Virus record (IMG/VR): IMGVR_UViG_3300034021_001440
Span: 48,419-112,418 of that record
Direction: 5' to 3' (one strand)
DNA length: 64,000 nucleotides
Source: a virus
This document shows, piece by piece, positions 19,801-28,742 of the stretch (positions within the stretch are counted from its first letter, which is position 1; the number at the start of each line of letters is the position of its first letter). A program made the position numbers and the translations under genes. The notes under the pieces are model-generated. The model searched no databases, was not told where the DNA came from, and worked only from the letters and a program-made list of their open reading frames with translations.

Positions 19801-20999
19801 GATCCGCTGGTTTCACAGACCTCACCGGTGGCACGGAAACACGCCCCCTCAACATGGCGCTGTTGCCTTGCATCAAGTACGAAATCACGGTTGCTCCGAC
19901 CACTCCGTCTGCCTGCGGCATCCCCTGCGCCTGCGTGACGGGCAAAGGTGCCATCATCGTGGGAAGCGCCCCGAACACCCCGACCGCTCTGCCCGTCGGT
20001 TTCAACTGTCAGATTCTGGTTGCAAATAGCAACTGTGCGCAGGGTCTGGCCTGGGCGAACCCGCCTGGTGTGAACTATCAGCAGTGTGCGGCTCCTGCCT
20101 TCACAACACCCGTCAACAGCCTCTGTCAGATCGCTGCCATCTCGATCAACACCTTGGGCAACCCTGTGCAGGTCAATGCCTATGGCGATGCCTATAGCAG
20201 CGGGTCCAACTGGTTTGGTTGCGTCTTCATTCGCCGTTGCGGTTCTCCCAACTCGGACTCCCGTTCGTCTTGGCTGGAAAACAATGCGGGCAACATCAAC
20301 GAAGCCTTTGCCCTCTCCGTTATTGACAACCCTCCCGCTGGCACCTATTGCTACGCCCTCATGATGTGCGTCCCGAGTGGATCCGGGGGCAACATCATCG
20401 CTGGCGAAGCCGGTGGTCCGGTTCTCAACGCTGTGGAACTCGGTTCTGCCTGCTACACCAACGCCATTCCTTGCACCGCCATCACCGCCAAAGGCGACCT
20501 GATTGCCGGTGTGGGTATCAACTCCCCCACCGCTCTGCCCGTTGGCAGCTGTGGTGCGGTTCTTCGCCCCAACCCTGCCTGTGCCACTGGCCTGCAGTGG
20601 TGTGAAGTCGGCAAGACTGCCAGCGGCGTTGTCAGCACTGTCAACGTTGCGAACCAGTGGGTCACGATCGATGACATGCAGTTTGGTTTCTGGAACGGAT
20701 TCAAGAGCTTCGTTATGAGGTTGGCACCGGGCTGCGCTTATAGTCTTGGTGCAACTTGGACCAGCTGCTATATTGGCGACGGTGGTGGATTTGGTTCCAC
20801 ATACTATCGAGATCAGACCCTGGTCGCCGGTACTTGGCGATTCATCTGGTGCGACCTGAACTACAGTCAGCACGGCCCGACTCAAAACGCAACCATCTGC
20901 CTGCTTGGCCCCGCTGGCGCCACTCGCATGTATCAGTTCATGGGCATGGTCAGTTCAGCTTACTGCTGCAACCCCATCTCCGTCACTCGCGTCCTCTGA
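16806..20999 (+). CDS. Cys-rich long tail fibre with NTAVG beta-roll repeats and collar domain
   Basis: GTVTSVATGTGLTGGPI and TVDAQGR repeats, NTAVG repeats, FNLPDLRAVFIRG. Confidence 0.8.
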   Translation: MAVPNPPFNPNNRIPNDPFNSINVPTFNTSFGPMIIGSGLSISGIGNPQTLSATGGGGGAVNQVLGGVGISTSPSTGTVYVNNTGVTSLTAGSGIAISASTGAITISASGVGTGTVTSVATGTGLTGGPIIASGTISLANTAVSPGTYNYSTITVDAQGRLTAASSGAAPVTNIATGTGLTGGPITTTGTIALANTSVTAGSYTNANIVVDAQGRITSASNGTACTGTVTSVATGTGLTGGTITTAGTIALADTAVSPGTYNFATITVDQQGRLTAASTGTPPTPGSTTVTSPITNSGTALNPNIGIQTATTGQLGAVQVGSNIDVSSGVISVASTVGVATAVSNLGVTTITDNVTSTSCNSALSANQGRALQQQINSLLVTGTVELAGTIDGSTGFVATTTSLGSSKGYTVGAVLPAASATTVNSYVIVTTPGTMTPPGGVSTAVTRGDWWLVTQSSPGVYVWSYLNVGFDPPMASTTTAGLVELATDAETQAGTSASLAVTPAGACATYIPFTQLTAKGALISASGANTALTVTVGSDGQVLTACSASPSGLCWTASSVPAIPCACITAKGDLITGTAANTPIALPVGTNGQILYADSACSTGLTWGTAPITCLAFDAKGDLLTGFGPDSYGILGVGSNGCVLVACSACAQGMCWGRGVNSATPTCEGIVYGCTLATATALGCNALTTGTGANSVAIGTLALTNSGAGTDNVAVGYASLCCNTTGSCNTVVGSCANCLATATTGNTAVGTKVLSCNNTGNNNTAVGSLALRDNASGSYNTSVGWAAGFNLTSGCYNLALGINTCLPNPAGNCQLAIGFGSGTNWLTGDSSKHIQPGAGIRDCAGCLGCAGQFLCSTGTAIQWVTGVGDTPVGTVNWFGAATAPVGWLVADGRAVSRTAYAALYAVIGTTYGTGDGTSTFNLPDLRAVFIRGVDNAGGTARGVDPGRAFGSLQANSVQSHCHQVQVIAGGAGRPEWLFPNNACPIGAGYPAPTGGAVRSAGFTDLTGGTETRPLNMALLPCIKYEITVAPTTPSACGIPCACVTGKGAIIVGSAPNTPTALPVGFNCQILVANSNCAQGLAWANPPGVNYQQCAAPAFTTPVNSLCQIAAISINTLGNPVQVNAYGDAYSSGSNWFGCVFIRRCGSPNSDSRSSWLENNAGNINEAFALSVIDNPPAGTYCYALMMCVPSGSGGNIIAGEAGGPVLNAVELGSACYTNAIPCTAITAKGDLIAGVGINSPTALPVGSCGAVLRPNPACATGLQWCEVGKTASGVVSTVNVANQWVTIDDMQFGFWNGFKSFVMRLAPGCAYSLGATWTSCYIGDGGGFGSTYYRDQTLVAGTWRFIWCDLNYSQHGPTQNATICLLGPAGATRMYQFMGMVSSAYCCNPISVTRVL

Positions 21000-21008
21000 C
21001 CTGGCAAC

Positions 21009-21016
21009 GGGTAAAA
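21009..21016 (+). promoter_or_regulatory. GGGTAAAA putative late promoter
   Basis: 35 nt before ATG 21044. Confidence 0.65.
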
Positions 21017-21043
21017 ATAAACACATCACTCTTGTAGAAAGCA

Positions 21044-23410
21044 ATGGGTTTGTCGACTCCCTTTAATCCCAACTCCCCCATTCCAAACAACCCATTTTAC
21101 GCTCCGCAGTTTTCCACTATCAACTCCAGCATCGGTCCGCTGATCCTTGGCACCGGTCTGAACATTTCGGCAGTTGGAAACCCTCCCACTCTGAGCACCA
21201 GCGGGGGAGGGGGCGGCGGATCCGTTTCGCAAATCATCGCTGGCACCGGCATTAGTGTGTCCCCCTCGGGCGGTACCGGCAACGTCATTGTCAATAACAC
21301 CGGCGTTCTCAGCCTCGTGGCTGGCACGGGCATTTCCGTGTCGTCTGTGGGCGGTGTCTACACCGTGAACGCCACAGGTGGCGCTGGTACTGTCACCCTG
21401 ATCAACTCTGGCTCCGGTCTGACCGGTGGCCCGATCACCACAAGCGGCACTCTGGCTCTGAACTACGCCTGTGTGGTTGACCCCACCGACTTTACTGGCA
21501 AAGGTGCTATCCTTGCTGGTACCGGTGTGGGCACATACAGTGCTCTGGCTGTTGGCGCAAACGGTCTGGTTCTGACTGCTTGTTCGACCGCTGCCAACGG
21601 CGTTTGCTGGGCTTCGGCAAGCGCGAACGACATTCCCTGCTCCGCGATTACTGCCAAAGGTGCCCTGATTACTGGCACCGGCCCTTCCACCCTGTTCTCT
21701 CTGGGCGTGGGCACCAACGGCCAAGTCCTGACTGCCTGCTCGGCTTGTGGCCCTGGCATGTACTGGACCAACCCGACCGCAGTTGTTCCTGACGCCACCC
21801 CGTCCGTTGAGGGCATCGTCTACGGCATCACCGACGCTGTCACAACATTCAACGTGGGTCTGGGCTCGGACGTTCTGGCTGCTGGTCCGGCGACTGGGCC
21901 TGGCAACGTTGCCATTGGTACTCAGGCTGGATACAATGTCACTTCGGGTCAGCAAAATAACCTCATCGGTGCTGGTGCTGGTTGCGCCATCACCTCTGGT
22001 AATGCGAACAATTTCCTCGGATTCCTGGCTGGTGGTGCTGTAACGACTGGTTCCCAGAATGTTCTGCTGGGCAACAGTGCAGGCAGCTCTTATACAACCG
22101 AACAGGGCAACGTCATCATCGGTGGCAACGCTGGCGTGGCTGGTGTCTGCAACCAAATCCTTCTGTCGGACGGCATCGGCACCCTGCGTCTTCAACTCAA
22201 CCAGTGCGGCGCTATCTCTCCGGACGGTACCACCTACGGTACTGCCGGTCAGGTCCTGTGCTCGGGTGGTCCAAACACCACCTGGGGTTGGACCTCTAGT
22301 TCCACCTCTGAAGCTACCTCCGTCGCTGCTGGCATCATCAAGGGTTGCACCGACAACACCCTTTGTAACTCCTTCTTCGGTTGCTGTGCTGGTCCTGGTC
22401 CCCTCTCTACAGGTGCTTGCAACACTGCTCTGGGATATCGGGCAGGTGCTGCTATCTCGACTGGTAATGTAAACACCATTGTCGGATTTGGGGCTGGTTG
22501 TACCATTAGCAGCGGTAACTGGAACGTCATCATGGGCCATAGTGCCGGTGACTCCATTACATCGGGTGGTTGCAACATTGCCATCGGTGGTGCTGCTGGT
22601 GCATCCATTACCACCACCTGCGAGAACGTTCTGATTGGTGACCTTGCAGGCACTTCTCTGACCGGTCTTCAAAACGTTGGTGTGGGAACACAAGCACTTT
22701 GTGCCGTTGGTGCTGCAAATGCCAACACTGCTCTGGGTCACAACGCGGGTAGCAGAATCACAATTGGTAACTGCAACGTTGCCGTGGGCTATCTTGCCCT
22801 GGGCTCGCCGATAACGACCATCACCGGCAACAACAACGTGTCTGTTGGCGCTGGTAGTTTCAACAGCTTGACCTCCGGTAGTGCCAACATCTCGATTGGT
22901 AATGGAAACAATAACCCTCTGACAACCGGTGGTTGCAACATCAGCATTGGCTCGACTAATGGCCTGCCAGCTGCAAACACCTGCTACACAACCATCATCG
23001 GAAACGGCATCGTTGCCACGCAAAGTTGCCAGGTGATTATTGGATGGGTGACCGGTGGAACTTGTGCCTCCTTTGTCAACGGCTCGCTCAACTGGACCGT
23101 GAGCTCTGATGCTCGAATGAAGGATAAGGTCGAAGACTTCACCGAGGGTCTTGAACTTATTGAAAAACTTCAACCCCGGAGCTATAACTTCATCGGCGGT
23201 TGCGAAGAGGGTGACGAAGGCGTTCCTGCTTTCGGCCTCATCGCTCAAGAAGTGGCTGAAGCCATTGCCGGAACCAGTGCTGAGGGTCGCGGTCTGATTG
23301 GTGGAACGGAAGAAAACGGATACGGAATTACTTATCCTCAGCTTATCATTCCTCTGATCAACGCTGTCAAGGAATTGTCGGCCCGAGTGAAAGAACTCGA
23401 GTCCAAATGA
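21044..23410 (+). CDS. Cys-rich tail fibre with C-terminal intramolecular chaperone (peptidase S74) domain
   Basis: NxAIG repeats; SSDARMK autocleavage motif, FGLIAQEV, LINAVKELSARV. Confidence 0.8.
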   Translation: MGLSTPFNPNSPIPNNPFYAPQFSTINSSIGPLILGTGLNISAVGNPPTLSTSGGGGGGSVSQIIAGTGISVSPSGGTGNVIVNNTGVLSLVAGTGISVSSVGGVYTVNATGGAGTVTLINSGSGLTGGPITTSGTLALNYACVVDPTDFTGKGAILAGTGVGTYSALAVGANGLVLTACSTAANGVCWASASANDIPCSAITAKGALITGTGPSTLFSLGVGTNGQVLTACSACGPGMYWTNPTAVVPDATPSVEGIVYGITDAVTTFNVGLGSDVLAAGPATGPGNVAIGTQAGYNVTSGQQNNLIGAGAGCAITSGNANNFLGFLAGGAVTTGSQNVLLGNSAGSSYTTEQGNVIIGGNAGVAGVCNQILLSDGIGTLRLQLNQCGAISPDGTTYGTAGQVLCSGGPNTTWGWTSSSTSEATSVAAGIIKGCTDNTLCNSFFGCCAGPGPLSTGACNTALGYRAGAAISTGNVNTIVGFGAGCTISSGNWNVIMGHSAGDSITSGGCNIAIGGAAGASITTTCENVLIGDLAGTSLTGLQNVGVGTQALCAVGAANANTALGHNAGSRITIGNCNVAVGYLALGSPITTITGNNNVSVGAGSFNSLTSGSANISIGNGNNNPLTTGGCNISIGSTNGLPAANTCYTTIIGNGIVATQSCQVIIGWVTGGTCASFVNGSLNWTVSSDARMKDKVEDFTEGLELIEKLQPRSYNFIGGCEEGDEGVPAFGLIAQEVAEAIAGTSAEGRGLIGGTEENGYGITYPQLIIPLINAVKELSARVKELESK

Positions 23411-23434
23411 GTTGAATAAAACTTGAACGCACAC

Positions 23435-23458
23435 GGGGACCTTCGGGTCCCCATTTTT
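23435..23458 (+). terminator. intrinsic terminator
   Basis: GGGGACC-TTCG-GGTCCCC followed by ATTTTT; core identical to the 16744 terminator. Confidence 0.8.
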
Positions 23459-23464
23459 GTTGCC

Positions 23465-23472
23465 GGGTAAAA
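23465..23472 (+). promoter_or_regulatory. GGGTAAAA putative late promoter
   Basis: 33 nt before ATG 23498. Confidence 0.7.
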
Positions 23473-23497
23473 GTGTTTATCTAGACGTTTGCCAGCA

Positions 23498-26400
23498 ATG
23501 GGATTGCCGACGCCCCCCTTTAATCCAAACACCCCAATCCCAAACAATCCCTTCCAGAGCCCTCAAACATACACTGTCAATGGTCTAAGTGGCCCCACGA
23601 TTGTTGGTGATGGTCTATATGTTGACTATGCCAATCTATCAATCAATTCCTCCGGCTCCCTAATCACTGGCATCATTGCCGGTTTGGGCATCAGTGTTTC
23701 AAGCACGGTTGGCAATATCACAGTCAGCAACACTGGTGTTCTCAGCCTGAACGCTGGACCTGGTATCAGCATTTCCGGGTCTACAGGAAACATCACAATT
23801 AGTTCCACAGGTAGCGGCAGCGGCACGGTCACTAGCATCACTGCGAGTACAGGACTTACTGGTGGAACCATTACCACAAGTGGGACTATAGCACTGGCAA
23901 ACACTACGGTGAACGCTGGCAGCTACACTTTTGCTTCGTTTACGGTAGATCCGCAAGGTCGTCTAACCGCAGCAAGCAATGGTTCCGTACCCACTGCAAC
24001 TCCTACGACCTTAGGGTTGACTTTTGCAGGACCTGGTGACCTTATTACAGGTAATAGCTCTACCGGATATTGCGCTCTAAGTTCAATACCATCAGTAACA
24101 ATTTCAGAACGCAACACAGCGTTAGGTGTGCTGGCTCTCAGACTTCTCACCAATGCCGTGGATAACACAGCAGTTGGTTACTCGGCTCTTAACTCGAACC
24201 TCATAGGGAGTTACAACACCGTTATTGGTTCCAATGCTGGTTTTAGCGTAACTGGATCAAAAAACGTTGTTATCGGTGCCTACGTCAATCCTGCGAACGT
24301 CGCAGGGAACTGTCAACTTGCTATTGGACCTTCTGGTGGTTTCTGTTGGCTCACAGGTAACAGCACTCTAGCTATTAAACCAGGCGCCGGAATCATTGAC
24401 TGCGCCGGTTCCTGCGGAACCGCTGGTCAGGTTCTGATGAGCAACGGCTCGAACGCCATTTGCTGGGGGACTGTGGCTGCAGGCAGCGGCATTCCTTGTG
24501 CTTGCATCACAGCCAAAGGCGCTCTTGTCACAGGCACCGCTGCCTCAACTCCGGTTGGTCTTACCGTTGGAACCGACGGTCAAGTTCTGACAGCCTGTGC
24601 AGCTTGCACGACAGGTTTGACTTGGGCTGCCGGTGGTGGCGGTGGAAGTGGCACAGTGACCGACATCACTGCTGGCACCGGACTTACGGGCGGCACAATC
24701 ACAACGTCTGGAACCGTCGCTCTTGACACCGCCTGCGTTATTCCGCCTACGGCTTTCACACAGAAAGGCGAAATGCTAATTGGTACAGGAGCTGGTACGT
24801 ATACTGTGGTGGCCCCGGGAACACCCGGTCAGTACCTTACTTACACCAGTCCAAAAGTCGGTTGCAATGCCATATGGACGGACCCGGTGGGGGTTGCAAC
24901 ACCTGGTGATCTTGGTTTGGGTTACGGTTTCTACGACACCTCCACCTCTCCCAATAGCATGGCCGCAGGGCAAGGTTCCTTAGGCAACCTTATTGGAGGA
25001 GATAGTAATACGGCCCTGGGTTTTCAAGCTCTTGTAAACTTAAGCACCGGGTCTCGAAATATTGGTCTTGGGTTCTGTGCCGGAAGTGGCCTAACTACTG
25101 AGACAGACAACGTCTTAATTGGATCTTCAGCAGGTAACTTTGACACTCTCACTCAAACAGTAGCTATCGGCTCTTATGCGGGAACAAAAGCAACAAATAG
25201 CGTCTTCATCGGTTACTGTGCGATTCAGTTCGGTCTCAGAAGCTGCAATTCCGTCGTAATCGGCGCCAATGCACTAAACGACAACGCATACACAGGTTGT
25301 CAGCTTGTTGCTATCGGACCTAACGTTTCTATACCTGCTTTCAACACCAGCTGCCAACTTGCTATTGGTTTCTCTGCCACTGACAATTGGCTCACCGGTG
25401 ACCCCACCAAAGCCATCAAACCCGGTGCTGGTATTATCGACTGTGCCGGTTCCTGCGGAACCGCTGGTCAGGTTCTCTCTTCAACGGGAACGAACAATAT
25501 CCTGTGGGCTTCTGGCGCTGCTGCTGCTGCTGCAACTCCGAATAGTTTGGGCACTATTTACGGATGTACTACTACCACATCCAACTCTTTTCTCGGGTAC
25601 CGTGCTGGAACCTCTCAAACCGACAACTGCCGAGCTACCTTGGTGGGGAGAGATGCTGGATTCCTTTTAACGACGGGTGACGGTAACACCGGTGTAGGTA
25701 GCACCGCATTGTGTAGCGTAGTGACGGGTTGCTTTAACACCGCCGTCGGTGACAGAGCAATGCAACGTGCCGGATCGGTAGCTCAAGCAAATACCGCGCT
25801 CGGAGTAGTTGCTCTTGAGGATGTTACAGGTGCTTATAACGTAGCTCTGGGTGTTGAGGCTGGTCTCCAGCTCCTTGCTGGAAACTGCAACGTGTTTTTA
25901 GGTGCCGTTGCCGCCCGAGACAATACATCGGGTAACAGAAATGTTGTTATTGGCCCAAATACCACCACCTCTACCTTAACGGTTAGCTGCGAGCTTGTTA
26001 TCGGGTATAACGCAGGTCAAAACTGGTTGACGGGTGATAGCACCAAAGCCATCAAACCCGGTGCTGGTATTATCGACTGTACAGGTTCCTGTGGTACTGC
26101 GGGTCAAGCTTTGCTGAGTGACGGTGCTAACGCAGTTTGCTGGGGATCCGTAAGTGCTGCTAAAGCCTGCCCGACGACACTCGGAACGGTGTATGGATAC
26201 GTGGGCACAAACGTTAAAACCGATGCCAGCATAGGTATCGGCCTATGTTCCATGGTGTCGTCCACTCCAACGAACACCCCAACCAACGCAGCATTGGGTT
26301 TTGGCACTCTTTGTTCTCTGACTACCGGCGGCGGTAACGTCGCAATGGGTTGGCGCGCTCTCGTTACGATGACGACTGGTAGTGGAAACACTGTGGTCGG

Positions 26401-27208
26401 TGCTCAGGCTGGTACCGCAGCGAGCGGGACTGAAAACGCGTTTGTAGGGAGTCAGTCAGGGTGTCAGGTAGCGGGCAACCAAAACTCATTTTTTGGAATA
26501 TGCTCAGGAGCCACTCAAGTCAGCGGCGACAGCAACGTGGCAATCGGTTTTCGCACCGCACTGGCTAGCACCACCGGAAGCTGCCAACTTGCCATCGGTT
26601 TCTCTGACACTGAGAATTGGCTGACTGGTGACAGCACCAAGGCCATTAAACCCGGCGCTGGAATCATTGACAGCACTAACGTGTGTGGCACGGCAAACCA
26701 AGTTCTGGTCTCCACAGGCGCCAACGCAATTCAATGGAAATCAGTCAACTCGGCACTGGCCGTGCCGAACTACGGTTCATTCAACAGTACAACCACGCAG
26801 ACTGTCGGTACCATCAACGTCGGACAACCTATTACACTCAGCACAGTCTCAGCCACTGGCTTCTCAATCGTTGGAGGAAGCCAAATCACAGCAGCCTCAG
26901 CTGGCACATACAACATCCAAATCTCCCTTCAAATAATCTCCACGAGTGGTGGTGGTGGCCTCGTCGAAGTCTGGTTTGTTAAAAATGGCACGGCTATCAC
27001 TAACTCAAACACTCGTTACTCGGTCAAAAACGCCAACGAGGAGGAAGTGGCCGCACTCAACCTCGTCGAGACTCTCACTGCTGGTCAAAACATTCAAGTC
27101 TACTGGGCCAGCGACAACGTCAATATGACCTTGGCAACACTTACAAGCACCATGGGTGGCCCCGCCATTCCGTCAGCCATTGTGACTGTCGTTCCGGTTG
27201 GAGCCTAA
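23498..27208 (+). CDS. Cys-rich tail fibre with four internal repeat modules and a C1q/TNF-like C-terminal domain
   Basis: Four copies of C(Q/E)L(A/V)IG...WLTG...AIKPGAGIID; C-terminal YGSFNSTTTQ...AGTYNIQISLQ. Confidence 0.75.
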   Translation: MGLPTPPFNPNTPIPNNPFQSPQTYTVNGLSGPTIVGDGLYVDYANLSINSSGSLITGIIAGLGISVSSTVGNITVSNTGVLSLNAGPGISISGSTGNITISSTGSGSGTVTSITASTGLTGGTITTSGTIALANTTVNAGSYTFASFTVDPQGRLTAASNGSVPTATPTTLGLTFAGPGDLITGNSSTGYCALSSIPSVTISERNTALGVLALRLLTNAVDNTAVGYSALNSNLIGSYNTVIGSNAGFSVTGSKNVVIGAYVNPANVAGNCQLAIGPSGGFCWLTGNSTLAIKPGAGIIDCAGSCGTAGQVLMSNGSNAICWGTVAAGSGIPCACITAKGALVTGTAASTPVGLTVGTDGQVLTACAACTTGLTWAAGGGGGSGTVTDITAGTGLTGGTITTSGTVALDTACVIPPTAFTQKGEMLIGTGAGTYTVVAPGTPGQYLTYTSPKVGCNAIWTDPVGVATPGDLGLGYGFYDTSTSPNSMAAGQGSLGNLIGGDSNTALGFQALVNLSTGSRNIGLGFCAGSGLTTETDNVLIGSSAGNFDTLTQTVAIGSYAGTKATNSVFIGYCAIQFGLRSCNSVVIGANALNDNAYTGCQLVAIGPNVSIPAFNTSCQLAIGFSATDNWLTGDPTKAIKPGAGIIDCAGSCGTAGQVLSSTGTNNILWASGAAAAAATPNSLGTIYGCTTTTSNSFLGYRAGTSQTDNCRATLVGRDAGFLLTTGDGNTGVGSTALCSVVTGCFNTAVGDRAMQRAGSVAQANTALGVVALEDVTGAYNVALGVEAGLQLLAGNCNVFLGAVAARDNTSGNRNVVIGPNTTTSTLTVSCELVIGYNAGQNWLTGDSTKAIKPGAGIIDCTGSCGTAGQALLSDGANAVCWGSVSAAKACPTTLGTVYGYVGTNVKTDASIGIGLCSMVSSTPTNTPTNAALGFGTLCSLTTGGGNVAMGWRALVTMTTGSGNTVVGAQAGTAASGTENAFVGSQSGCQVAGNQNSFFGICSGATQVSGDSNVAIGFRTALASTTGSCQLAIGFSDTENWLTGDSTKAIKPGAGIIDSTNVCGTANQVLVSTGANAIQWKSVNSALAVPNYGSFNSTTTQTVGTINVGQPITLSTVSATGFSIVGGSQITAASAGTYNIQISLQIISTSGGGGLVEVWFVKNGTAITNSNTRYSVKNANEEEVAALNLVETLTAGQNIQVYWASDNVNMTLATLTSTMGGPAIPSAIVTVVPVGA
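25405..26080 (+). repeat. exact 40-nt direct repeat (25405-25444 and 26041-26080) within the fibre gene
   Basis: CACCAAAGCCATCAAACCCGGTGCTGGTATTATCGACTGT occurs twice. A 32-nt exact repeat also links 24404-24435 and 25445-25476. Confidence 0.85.
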
Positions 27209-27209
27209 C

Positions 27210-27217
27210 GGGTAAAA
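27210..27217 (+). promoter_or_regulatory. GGGTAAAA putative late promoter
   Basis: 34 nt before ATG 27244. Confidence 0.65.
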
Positions 27218-27243
27218 CCAACTAACAGAACTTTCCAGTAGCG

Positions 27244-28680
27244 ATGACGGTAACCAGTGTACTTACGGGGGTGGGGCTCACAGGTGGTCCGATTACATCA
27301 ACCGGCACCATCAGTTTGCTTCCCCCTGTTGGAGGAAACATCGGCGGCGTAAAACCAGGCGCAAACGTTATTATCGCCTCAGACGGCACAATCAGCGTTG
27401 CCCCTCCCAACCCTGGCACCATCACTGGCGTCTCGGTTGGCGGGGGCTTGGTTGGCGGGGGCACCACTGGCACCGTGACCGTGGCGGTGAACTTTGCCTC
27501 TCCCGCTGAAGTTGCCGCAGGCATTGTCAACTATAAGGCAATCGCCCCGAGCTCCCTGTCTGCGAAGCAAGGCAGCCTCACCGAGTCAGGCTTCGTCCAG
27601 CTTTCAGACGCTTATGCCTCTGTCGACTCCACTCGGGCGGCAACACCCACCGGCGTCAAGGCAGTCTATGACATTGCCACGGCGGCACTGCCGAAGTCCG
27701 GCGGCACGATGACTGGTGTCATCAACTTTGCTGCTGGGCAAACTTTCCCTGGCACGGCTTTCCCGATTGCCACCCCGTTGTCTCTGGGTGTTATCAAAGT
27801 TGGCTCTGGCTTGAGTGTCAACGGCTCGGGTCTGGTCACCACCGTCAACAATGGCACCGTGACTGCCATCACCCCTGGCCCTGGCCTGGGTGCTCCGGCA
27901 ACCGGCAACGTGATCACCAATACCGGCACCATTCGCCTGCTGCCCCCGACCACTGACGGTCTCACCCTGGGCGGTGTGAAAGCGGGTGACAACATCAACA
28001 TTGCCAACGACGGCACCATCAGCGCAGAAGGGTTCCTTCTCACGAACAACCCGTATGCCTATAACAGCTACATCTTCCCGCCTCCTGCGGTTCCTTCGGC
28101 TGCTCCTGGCCTCAACGGTTCTTTCTTGCGTTTGAAAAATCGCGTCACTGGTGAAGTGGAGTGGGCAACGAACAATGGCATCACTTCGATCACAGCAGGC
28201 ACGGGTCTGACCGGAGGCACAATCACCTCCACAGGGACAATCGGTCTGGCAACCACAACCGTGATTCCTGGCACGTATGGCGCCACCGGGCTGATCTCCA
28301 CTTTCACCGTGGATTCCCTGGGTCGCGTCGTTGATGCTGGTGAGGCCAATCCTTATGCCCCGTTCCAAATTGCGACGCAAAGTGCTCCTCCCAACCTTGT
28401 GCTGGACTTTGCAGACAACAACCTGAACTGGACCTGGACGATGCTTGCCAACACGGTGATGCAAGCTCCGCAAAATGCCCAGAGTGGTCAGCGTGGAAGC
28501 ATTTTGATCATTCAGAATCCCACCGTGCCCAAGGTGCTCACCTGGCAGGCCAACTGGAAATGGGCCAATGCAACTCCCGTGATGATCACTGCGGTGGCAA
28601 GTGCTCGTGATATGTTTGAGTTTGTTGTGATTGACTCAACGAACATTCTTATCACTAACGTCATCAAAAACTACGGCTGA
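27244..28680 (+). CDS. tail fibre-like protein (Cys-free)
   Basis: GLTGGPITSTGTI, GGVK.G.N..I..DGTIS and ALPKSGGTMTG repeats. Confidence 0.75.
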   Translation: MTVTSVLTGVGLTGGPITSTGTISLLPPVGGNIGGVKPGANVIIASDGTISVAPPNPGTITGVSVGGGLVGGGTTGTVTVAVNFASPAEVAAGIVNYKAIAPSSLSAKQGSLTESGFVQLSDAYASVDSTRAATPTGVKAVYDIATAALPKSGGTMTGVINFAAGQTFPGTAFPIATPLSLGVIKVGSGLSVNGSGLVTTVNNGTVTAITPGPGLGAPATGNVITNTGTIRLLPPTTDGLTLGGVKAGDNINIANDGTISAEGFLLTNNPYAYNSYIFPPPAVPSAAPGLNGSFLRLKNRVTGEVEWATNNGITSITAGTGLTGGTITSTGTIGLATTTVIPGTYGATGLISTFTVDSLGRVVDAGEANPYAPFQIATQSAPPNLVLDFADNNLNWTWTMLANTVMQAPQNAQSGQRGSILIIQNPTVPKVLTWQANWKWANATPVMITAVASARDMFEFVVIDSTNILITNVIKNYG

Positions 28681-28708
28681 TTTACTCTCCCTCCCACTCC
28701 GCTAAACT
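28680..28708 (+). promoter_or_regulatory. early-type promoter ATTTAC-N17-TAAACT
   Basis: Same pattern as seven other promoters in the metabolic region. Confidence 0.55.
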
Positions 28709-28742
28709 GATAGCGGTATACCACCCCAACCTTTACCTACCA

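Noticed and set aside
14844-23434. Long antisense ORFs (14844-16289, 18750-20885, 21026-23434)
   Set aside because: They shadow fibre genes whose codon usage avoids TTA, CTA and TCA, which removes stops on the opposite strand. The translations have no recognisable motifs or promoters.
23498-27208. Diversity-generating retroelement acting on fibre repeats
   Set aside because: No reverse transcriptase in the window; the repeats are all in-frame coding modules and their differences are not adenine-specific.
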